Shown in pieces: positions 25,146 to 32,000 of a stretch of 32,000 nucleotides of DNA. Made by a program: the position numbers and the translations under genes. The stretch's first letter is position 1. Each line of letters begins with the position of its first letter. Source of the DNA: an archaeon (lineage in GTDB: Archaea; Iainarchaeota; Iainarchaeia; Iainarchaeales; CSSED10-239); NCBI GenBank assembly GCA_041657425.1, contig JBBABY010000010.1, forward strand, positions 12,582-44,581. The letters are read 5' to 3'. The notes beneath the pieces were generated by a model, which had not been told where the DNA came from, made no database searches, and was given only the letters and a program-made list of their open reading frames with translations.

Positions 25146-25202
25146 TTCTATTGCATTTTTAAATATTTATATAACTAAATATAGTTATACGAGGGATTAT
25201 TA

Positions 25203-25922
25203 ATGCAAAAAAAATCACCAATTAAACCCGTTTTTGAAACTATTAAGAAAAAAGTTGATGCTTATAAGAATAGAAATACTACTGTAAGGCCTGCAGTTGT
25301 TGAAAAATTAAATTCTTTATCAAAAAGATTTATTTCTCCTAAGGCATATTTTACAAGTAATATCCAAAGAATGGCTTCAGAATTCTATGATTTTAATAAC
25401 GCTTTAGTTAGTAAAGAATTACCATTAAATCCAAAAGATATAAAGCTAGATTCTAAAGATCCATTATATAAAGAAAAAAGTAGGTTTGCTGCAATTCAAA
25501 CTGCAAATAGATTGACGAGCAGAATTACACCAAGGAAAGTAGGAAATATTTTTGAAATAAAATTAACTTTAATTTTAAGAAATAAGAAGTTGTCTTCTGC
25601 AGAAAAGCAACAACAACTTAATAATTTAATCAAAGAAATAGATTCTTTCCAAAAGATATCTCAAGTTGATAAAAGAATTAAGAGTTTAGAGTCTGAAATT
25701 AGCAAAAATGTAGACACAGTTACAAATATTCTTAAAGATATCAATTCTTTCTTAGAAAGTAATTCCGTTAATCCAGTAGAAAAAAAAGAATTATTAAATT
25801 TTTTAGAACTATGGAAAAGAAATCTTAGAAATTCAGATGCAATTTTAAGAGAATATAAAGTAAAACGTGAAAATTTAAGAGCATTGAGAGCAAAAATTAA
25901 TGATTCAATTACTAAGTTATAA
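25203..25922 (+). CDS. hypothetical protein (helical or coiled-coil, basic)
   Basis: A long ORF with a GAGGGA-like RBS upstream and no recognised motif. Confidence 0.55.
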   Translation: MQKKSPIKPVFETIKKKVDAYKNRNTTVRPAVVEKLNSLSKRFISPKAYFTSNIQRMASEFYDFNNALVSKELPLNPKDIKLDSKDPLYKEKSRFAAIQTANRLTSRITPRKVGNIFEIKLTLILRNKKLSSAEKQQQLNNLIKEIDSFQKISQVDKRIKSLESEISKNVDTVTNILKDINSFLESNSVNPVEKKELLNFLELWKRNLRNSDAILREYKVKRENLRALRAKINDSITKL

Positions 25923-25944
25923 AAGGATAAATACGAATATACTA

Positions 25945-26898
25945 ATGAAAACTATAATATTCCATCATGATGATATAGATGGACTAATTTCGGCTTTAGG
26001 TTTTGCATATAATGACTACACCACCAAAAATCCTGGAGAAATTCCAGATTATAAAGAACTACGAAAAAACTATTTCTTTTTTGAAGTACATTACGGTATG
26101 TCTGATATCTTTAGTTATTGTAGAAAGAATCATTTTAATTTAAATGGATTTGAAAGAGTGATTGTTGTAGACTTTTGTTTTAAAAAAGAAGTTATGCAAG
26201 AGTTTTCAGATACTTATAAAAATAATTTTATATGGATTGATCATCACAAGAACGTAATTGATGAATTTTCTGATTTAGAAATAAAGGGATTACGAAATCA
26301 TAATTTTGCAGCAAGTGTTCTTGTTTGGAAGTATTTTAATAAAGAGCCATGTTTATTTGCTCAATATATTGAAGACATGGATATCTGGAAATGGCAATTG
26401 CCTAATTCCAGAGAAATATTGCAATATTTAGATTATTTATATATGCAAATTTTTGATAAAGATCATCCAGAGAACGAAAATAAAATAATTAATGATTTTT
26501 TAGATTTTTTTGATGATAATAAATTTAAGAATCAACTTCCTGAATTTATAAATTTAGGAAAGATGATGGAATTATATATTAAAATTAGAGTTAAAGATGA
26601 TGTAATTACAGGAAAAACTTTCGATTTTGAAGGAGTAAAAACATTTGTAGTCAATTCTCAATTTAAAGCAGGATTATTTTCTGATTATATATTTAATAAT
26701 TCAAATTATAATGATGTAGAATTGGTGATTGTTTGGTATAAGTCTTATGCTAAGTATGGAGAAGGAAATAACTTTGATAAAGTGAGTCTTAGATCAAGAA
26801 ATATAGATTGTTCTCCAATTGCTCAGAAATTCGGTGGAAATGGTCACCCTAAAGCAAGTGGTTTTATAATTTCAGATATTGATGATATTATTCAATAA
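25945..26898 (+). CDS. stand-alone DHH/DHHA1 phosphoesterase (NrnA/Pde2-like)
   Basis: IIFHHDDIDGLIS (DHH motifs I and II), WIDHHKN (the DHH motif) and GGNGHPKASGF (the DHHA1 GGGH motif) are present. The ATG at 25945 (MKTIIF) is preferred over the track start at 25900, which overlaps the previous gene. Confidence 0.8.
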   Translation: MKTIIFHHDDIDGLISALGFAYNDYTTKNPGEIPDYKELRKNYFFFEVHYGMSDIFSYCRKNHFNLNGFERVIVVDFCFKKEVMQEFSDTYKNNFIWIDHHKNVIDEFSDLEIKGLRNHNFAASVLVWKYFNKEPCLFAQYIEDMDIWKWQLPNSREILQYLDYLYMQIFDKDHPENENKIINDFLDFFDDNKFKNQLPEFINLGKMMELYIKIRVKDDVITGKTFDFEGVKTFVVNSQFKAGLFSDYIFNNSNYNDVELVIVWYKSYAKYGEGNNFDKVSLRSRNIDCSPIAQKFGGNGHPKASGFIISDIDDIIQ

Positions 26899-26948
26899 GG
26901 TCATAGTTTAAATTCTTTTTGTATTTTATATTATTATTGTGAAAGAAC

Positions 26949-28325
26949 ATGGAGAATAATTACGACGTAATAATTGTGGGTGCAGGGCCAGCGGGCATCT
27001 TTGCTGCTTACGAATTAACAAAAAACACTGATTCTTTAAAAATTCTCTTAATTGATAAAGGACAACTTGTTGAGAACAGACAAAAAACAGAAGTTATGAC
27101 TGGTTTTGGAGGAGCAGGCACTTTCTCTGATGGAAAATTACATTTTACTCCTGTTTTAAGTCATGAGAAGATGTTTCATCTTTATACAATAGATGAATAT
27201 CAAAAATATCTAGATTATGTTGAAAAATTATTTTTAGATTTTGGAGTTCCTCCAGAATATTATCCAAAAGATATGAAAAAAACAAAAGAGATAGTTGATC
27301 TTGCTCAAACTCATAACATTAAGTTGTTTATAAGAAAAACAATACATGTAGGAACTGATAAACTTCCGGCAGTTATTCTTAATTTTGAGAACCACTTAAA
27401 AACAAAGAATATTACTTTACTTCCTAATACTGAGGTGATAGATTTACTTGTCCAAGATAGAGTGTGTGTTGGTGTAAAGCTTGCAGATGGAACAGAACTA
27501 AAAGGGAAATATATTCTTTGTGCACCAGGGAGATATAATTCTTCATGGATAGAAAAGATTGCAAATAAACACGCACTTGAGAAAGCTTATGATAAAATAG
27601 AAGTTGGAGTAAGAGTTGAGTTTCCTGCTTCATTAATTGAAGAGCATGCAGAACTTATGTATGAAACTGTTTTTTTGATGTATTCCAAAACTTACGACGA
27701 TGTTGTAAGAACATTCTGTCCTTGCCCTCATGGGTATGTTGCTATAGAAGAATATGAGGATTTCATTTGTGTTAATGGACACAGTAATCACAATCTAGAT
27801 GGAAAGAATTCTAATTTTGCTTTGGTTACAGAAGTTACTCTTACTGAACCTTTAGAAAACACAAGACTATTTGCAAACTTTGTTGCTCAAGGTGCAACAC
27901 TTGTTGGTGGAGGAAAGCCAATCATTCAAAGATTTAAAGATTTAAAATCAGGAAGAAGAAGCACATACTCAAGACTTCAACATTCTCACATAACTCCATC
28001 CCTTAAAGATGCAATACCTGGAGACATTGGCCTTGCTCTTCCTTACAGAATAACCAAAAATATAATTGAAGGAATAGAGATGCTTGATAAAGTTCTTCCA
28101 GGACTTGATGGAGATTCAACTTTTTTGTATGCTCCAGAAGTAAAGTTTAGATCAAACAAATTCAAGACAGACAAATATCTTGAAACAAACATTAAAAACC
28201 TTTACTTTGCAGGAGACGGTGCAGGAGTTTCAGGTAACATTATTGGAGCAGCAATCACAGGAGTTGTTGCCGCAGAAGGGATAATAGAAAAAGAAAAACA
28301 AAAATCAATTAAGAGTTTTGTTTAA
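26949..28325 (+). CDS. FAD-dependent oxidoreductase (COG2509-like uncharacterised dehydrogenase)
   Basis: The N-terminal YDVIIVGAGPAGIFAAYEL is a Rossmann dinucleotide-binding motif, and the C-terminal YFAGDGAGVSGNIIGAAITG is a second FAD-contact motif. Confidence 0.8.
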   Translation: MENNYDVIIVGAGPAGIFAAYELTKNTDSLKILLIDKGQLVENRQKTEVMTGFGGAGTFSDGKLHFTPVLSHEKMFHLYTIDEYQKYLDYVEKLFLDFGVPPEYYPKDMKKTKEIVDLAQTHNIKLFIRKTIHVGTDKLPAVILNFENHLKTKNITLLPNTEVIDLLVQDRVCVGVKLADGTELKGKYILCAPGRYNSSWIEKIANKHALEKAYDKIEVGVRVEFPASLIEEHAELMYETVFLMYSKTYDDVVRTFCPCPHGYVAIEEYEDFICVNGHSNHNLDGKNSNFALVTEVTLTEPLENTRLFANFVAQGATLVGGGKPIIQRFKDLKSGRRSTYSRLQHSHITPSLKDAIPGDIGLALPYRITKNIIEGIEMLDKVLPGLDGDSTFLYAPEVKFRSNKFKTDKYLETNIKNLYFAGDGAGVSGNIIGAAITGVVAAEGIIEKEKQKSIKSFV

Positions 28326-28334
28326 ATATAAATG

Positions 28335-28994
28335 TTAGAGTTGTAATTTTTTACTTAATTTCTTTTGATATTCATAGCAATTAGTTAAGTATCTTTTTGT
28401 AATTGGTAACAATTGGTCTTTCGGACAATTTAGATCAATAATGAATTCATCTCCTGTAGCATCATTTTTTCTAGTGTTTAATAAATCTTTAATCTTAAGT
28501 ATGTCTTTGTCTTTTCTATCTTTAGAGTTTCTTATACTTTTAAGTAGTGCTTTTCCAATAGTTTCTAGATATTTATCTACAATAGAATAACTATATATTT
28601 TATTTAAATTATGCATAGAGTCTCCATCAAAAAGAATAATAAATCTATCTTTTGGACTATATTTATGATTATCAATTAGTTTCTTTTTCTCAATATAGTA
28701 TCCAAATCTATTAAGTAATCCGGTTTTAGGATCTTTTTTTAATATCTCTAAATCAAGAACAGCATTTGAAAAATTAGATAACGTTTTTTCTATTCTGAGA
28801 TATGCATCTTCCCATTTTTTAGAAAGATAATTTTTATATTTTAAACTAGGACCAGAATAGATTTCAATATTGTATTCTTTTCCTTGATGCTTCTTTGATT
28901 TTGCAATCTTTAATGCTTGCTCTGCTTCAAGGATATTTTTTCCAATTCCTACACTAAGTTTAATTAGAACGCCTTTTAAATTAGCTTTTGTCAT
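28335..28994 (-). CDS. GGDEF-like nucleotidyl cyclase domain protein with permuted motif order, paralog 1
   Basis: The motif order is IKLSVGIGKNILEAEQALKIAKSKK, then a helical linker, then DPKTGLLNR, then FIILFDGDSMHNLN, then TGDEFIIDL. All are GGDEF-domain hallmarks, but the normally C-terminal block comes first. Confidence 0.6.
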   Translation of the reverse strand: MTKANLKGVLIKLSVGIGKNILEAEQALKIAKSKKHQGKEYNIEIYSGPSLKYKNYLSKKWEDAYLRIEKTLSNFSNAVLDLEILKKDPKTGLLNRFGYYIEKKKLIDNHKYSPKDRFIILFDGDSMHNLNKIYSYSIVDKYLETIGKALLKSIRNSKDRKDKDILKIKDLLNTRKNDATGDEFIIDLNCPKDQLLPITKRYLTNCYEYQKKLSKKLQL

Positions 28995-29133
28995 TTATTC
29001 CCTTTTTGTATTTATATTAATTATCTTATACATCAAGCCCTATTTAAAATGCGTATATAATATTTTTTGTAATTTTGAAAAAATTATATGTGGATTTATT
29101 GATTTATTAAAAAATATTTTAATAAAGAATAAA

Positions 29134-29784
29134 TTAGCTTTTCTTTTTTAAAGCTAATTTCTTTTGTGCATTATAGATTTCGGCAAGGTATCTTTTGGCT
29201 ACATTCTTAATATCCTTTTCTTTACAAGAAATATCTATTATAAATTCATCTCCAGCACTATCGTTCTTTCTGTGCATTAATGGATCTTGAGTAATGATAA
29301 TGTCTTTTTCTTTTCGATGATTATCTTTTCTAGTACAATTATTTAAGGTATTTCCAATTAATGTAAGATATTTATCTACAAAACAATATCCATATCTTTG
29401 ATTTAATCTATGCATAGAATCGCAATCAAATAAAATAACAAATCTACTATTATATTTATTATGAGATTTTAATTTTTCTTTTTCAATTAAGTATCCCGTT
29501 TTATTTAACAATCCTGTTTTTGGATCACGTTTAAGTACTTCTAAATCAGATATTGCACTTTTTGATTTAGATAATTCTATTTCTAATCTTTTATATGAAT
29601 TAATAACTTCTTTTGGTAGGTTTTTTACTGTAGATTTAAGACGAGGCCCAGAGTAAAGTTCTATATTATAGGTTTTACGATATTTTTTTGTTTTAGCAAT
29701 TTTAAGTGTTTCTTCTGCCTCTCTTAGGTTTCTGCCAATACCAGCACTTAATTTGATAATTATAGCTGAATCTTCAATTTTCAT
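29134..29784 (-). CDS. GGDEF-like nucleotidyl cyclase domain protein with permuted motif order, paralog 2
   Basis: The ATG at 29784 lies 8 nt after GGAGG (the track start at 29862 adds an unlikely 26-aa extension). The motif order is IKLSAGIGRNLREAEETLKIAKTKK, then DPKTGLLNK, then FVILFDCDSMHRLN, then AGDEFIIDI. It is about 50% identical to paralog 1 by eye. Confidence 0.6.
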   Translation of the reverse strand: MKIEDSAIIIKLSAGIGRNLREAEETLKIAKTKKYRKTYNIELYSGPRLKSTVKNLPKEVINSYKRLEIELSKSKSAISDLEVLKRDPKTGLLNKTGYLIEKEKLKSHNKYNSRFVILFDCDSMHRLNQRYGYCFVDKYLTLIGNTLNNCTRKDNHRKEKDIIITQDPLMHRKNDSAGDEFIIDISCKEKDIKNVAKRYLAEIYNAQKKLALKKKS

Positions 29785-30036
29785 TTTATTGTCCTCCACT
29801 GTGTGATTGTTTCTGTTTCTTCTTTTTAATAAAATTTTACTTTTGTATTTAAAGTGACACAAAGTAAAAAAAGCTATTTTTAAACAAAGAAACGTTTTTG
29901 TCTAATTAAGAAATAAATATAACTACAAGTGAATTATATTAGTTTAGTATTTGAAAGTCAAAAGAAAAACAAAGAAATAAGAGAAAATAAAACCCCTTAG
30001 TACCTAAAGGGAATTATTTTAAGTAAAGAATAAAAA

Positions 30037-31224
30037 TTAAATAAATCCTTTAACAATAACTACAGGGGTGTTGGCATCAGCGCTTCCAGAAACAAGATCT
30101 GCAAGACTTGCTACAAGGTTTCTTACTTTTCTTGGAGTTGTTCCTTCACAAGCAATTTCTCCCTTGTCTGTTCCACACATTATTCTTTTCTTTTCTTTTT
30201 CTATTTCTTTAAGGATTTGGTCTTTGTTTTTTCCTTCGTTTAAAAGTTTTTGCATTAAGTATTTTGTTTTAACTCCAACTCTTCTAATCTTTTCAATACC
30301 CGGAGTGACTCCAAATGCACAAACTGGATCTGCAAGTTCATAGATCCCACTTTCTGGATCTTTATATGCTCCATCTCCATATACCATAACTTCAACTTCT
30401 TTCTTAAATTCTTTTTTTATCATCTTTTGAATCTCAAGACAAACTTTATCTGCATCTCTTGGTGGGAGTTTAAGTAGCCCTTTTTCAGGATCTAAAATGT
30501 TTGAACCAAGTAATCCATATTCAGAATATACTTTTTGGTTCTTGTCTGAACAGATATTTTGAAGAGTTATAACATTTTTAAATTTAGGTTTGATTTCTTC
30601 AAATATTTTTTTTCTCGCGTGAACATTAGAAACAATTATTGCATCTGGTTTACATTTGATTATATCTTCAGAATTATTGGATAAGTAAATTTCTGCTTTT
30701 GCTCCTTCTTTAGTAATTAATTCTTTATAAAACTTAATATAGTCTATTCCTGTTTCTGGATGTATGAATCTATTTTTTCCAATTTTTCCTAAAGTAATTT
30801 TATCTTCTAGTTTTAGTTTATTTTTTTTAAGAAATTCTTCAGAAATGATTTGATTTCCTTGTTCATCAGCAGGGAAAGATAACTGGATAATTACTTTTCC
30901 TTTTGGTACGGAACTTGCAATTGATCTTAAAATTAAAGAAAATCTATTTCTAGAGGTTATAGGATATATAAGTCCAATTGTGGATGTTGGTTTTAGTTTT
31001 AGTTTAGTAGTTATGTCTTTTTTAATATCAGAAAGATTAACAAAGTTCTGTTGAGTAATAGCAGTAACTGCTTCTTTAACACAAATAATGTCTCCATTAT
31101 CAATAGCGGTTGGATTTTTTTTTATTGTTGCTTTAATAACATTTACTAGATTATCATTAGGAGTAATAATACCGGTTTTGATTCCATAAGCAATAACTCC
31201 AAAATAATTTTTATCATAATTCAT
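30037..31224 (-). CDS. CofE-like (F420-0:gamma-glutamyl ligase family) protein with a large internal insertion
   Basis: GIKTGIITPNDNLVNVI...DNGDIICVKEAVTAITQQN, LLKLPPRDADKVCLEIQKMI...EVEVMVYGDG and ADLVSGSADANTPVVIVKGF parallel the conserved blocks of CofE (about 250 aa). This protein is 395 aa. Confidence 0.55.
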   Translation of the reverse strand: MNYDKNYFGVIAYGIKTGIITPNDNLVNVIKATIKKNPTAIDNGDIICVKEAVTAITQQNFVNLSDIKKDITTKLKLKPTSTIGLIYPITSRNRFSLILRSIASSVPKGKVIIQLSFPADEQGNQIISEEFLKKNKLKLEDKITLGKIGKNRFIHPETGIDYIKFYKELITKEGAKAEIYLSNNSEDIIKCKPDAIIVSNVHARKKIFEEIKPKFKNVITLQNICSDKNQKVYSEYGLLGSNILDPEKGLLKLPPRDADKVCLEIQKMIKKEFKKEVEVMVYGDGAYKDPESGIYELADPVCAFGVTPGIEKIRRVGVKTKYLMQKLLNEGKNKDQILKEIEKEKKRIMCGTDKGEIACEGTTPRKVRNLVASLADLVSGSADANTPVVIVKGFI

Positions 31225-31352
31225 TTGTTTTCACGTCCTTGTTTTTTCTAAATTTAATCTTATCTAATAAACATAAATAAAATATCCTTTTAAATATTTG
31301 TATTTACCATTTATATTAATAAAAATATATTATATTAAAAAAGGTGGAAAAA

Positions 31353-31826
31353 ATGGTATTATACAAGTATTGTCCGAAATGTTATTCATTAAATATTGCA
31401 ATGGATCAAAGTACTGGAGGACACAAATGTAGACAATGTGGTTATTCAGGAATGATGAACCAAGATAGTATTGATAAAATAAATATTATGAAAAAATCAA
31501 AAGACGGTCAAAGATATGCAGCAGCAACAAGTGACACAAGACCTACAATGAGAACTGGTGGTGCTGGCAGAGATTGTGAGATAGTTAGAAAGAAAGTAGA
31601 TCCTTATAACGACGATATTGAAGAGATAGATTCTCCACAAGCAAATGATATCGAAGACGATGATGAAGAAACAGATTTAGAGAAATTAGAAAGTAAGCAA
31701 TCAAATATTATGAAAAGATCAAGCCAGCCAATGCCAAGACCAATGCATGGACTTTCATCTAAAGACGGACGTTCATTAAAAGAAAGACTAAAAGACAAAG
31801 GCGGAAAAGACTGGGATTTAGTTTAA
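31353..31826 (+). CDS. zinc-ribbon protein with an acidic, disordered C-terminal region
   Basis: The ATG at 31353 lies 5 nt after AGGTGG. CPKC-x17-CRQC forms a 4-Cys zinc ribbon, followed by D/E-rich low complexity. Confidence 0.65.
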   Translation: MVLYKYCPKCYSLNIAMDQSTGGHKCRQCGYSGMMNQDSIDKINIMKKSKDGQRYAAATSDTRPTMRTGGAGRDCEIVRKKVDPYNDDIEEIDSPQANDIEDDDEETDLEKLESKQSNIMKRSSQPMPRPMHGLSSKDGRSLKERLKDKGGKDWDLV

Positions 31827-31856
31827 ATAATAAATAAAATTAAAGGAGTGAAAAAA

Positions 31857-32000
31857 ATGAAACCAATGAATGAAAAAATGAAATGGTATATTTTAATTGC
31901 AGTAGCTTTATTAGTTGGAGCAATTATAGGTTACTTTGCAACAAACAGTTTAACAACAGCAGGAAATAGTAATATAGTATTTAAGCAACAAAAAAATATT
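31857..32000 (+). CDS. signal-anchor family member 4 (5' partial; runs off the window)
   Basis: GGAG lies 7-8 nt upstream. The N-terminus is MKPMNEKMKWYILIAVALLVGAIIGYFATNSLTTAGNS... It shares about 88% nucleotide identity over 66 nt with member 2 (14287 onward). Confidence 0.7.
   Translation, partial: MKPMNEKMKWYILIAVALLVGAIIGYFATNSLTTAGNSNIVFKQQKNI

Noticed and set aside
29785-29862. A 26-aa N-terminal extension (MCHFKYKSKILLKRRNRNNHTVEDNK) of GGDEF-like paralog 2, as given by the ORF track.
   Set aside because: A GGAGG lies inside this stretch, 8 nt before the ATG at 29784. The shorter product also aligns end-to-end with paralog 1, so the extension is probably untranslated leader.

Overview
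AT-rich (roughly 30% GC by eye), densely coded prokaryotic window that is most consistent with a small-genome archaeon, possibly DPANN-like. This lineage call is inference from four observations: an archaeal-type S-adenosylmethionine synthetase, three proteins with archaeal class III (type IV pilin-like) signal peptides, a DAC-domain c-di-AMP cyclase, and Shine-Dalgarno-like GGAGG/GGTGA motifs before many starts. Recognisable housekeeping and transport genes are glmS, a cation/proton antiporter, an MscS channel, an MFS transporter, the MAT, a Nudix hydrolase, a DHH/DHHA1 phosphoesterase, an FAD oxidoreductase and a CofE-like ligase. No rRNA, tRNA, CRISPR array, transposase or integrase ORF was seen. 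The more unusual content, in window order: (1) a 767-aa protein made of about 50 decapeptide repeats; (2) a pilin-like paralog cluster at 8.1-12.1 kb with swapped adhesin-type C-termini, where an in-frame TAG separates a PKD-pilin from a GLUG module; (3) an accessory-looking stretch at 12.1-17 kb holding VapBC, small secreted proteins, an ORF-free 850-bp gap with a decayed reading frame, a repeated palindromic element, 13-bp direct repeats flanking one gene, and a small RHH gene with repeated operators next to the MAT; (4) a four-member family of proteins sharing a nucleotide-conserved signal-anchor 5' module joined to unrelated C-termini; (5) the top candidate, two tandem paralogs at 28.3-29.8 kb that carry every GGDEF-domain hallmark motif in circularly permuted order. 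All family assignments come from motif recognition by eye. No database search was run.
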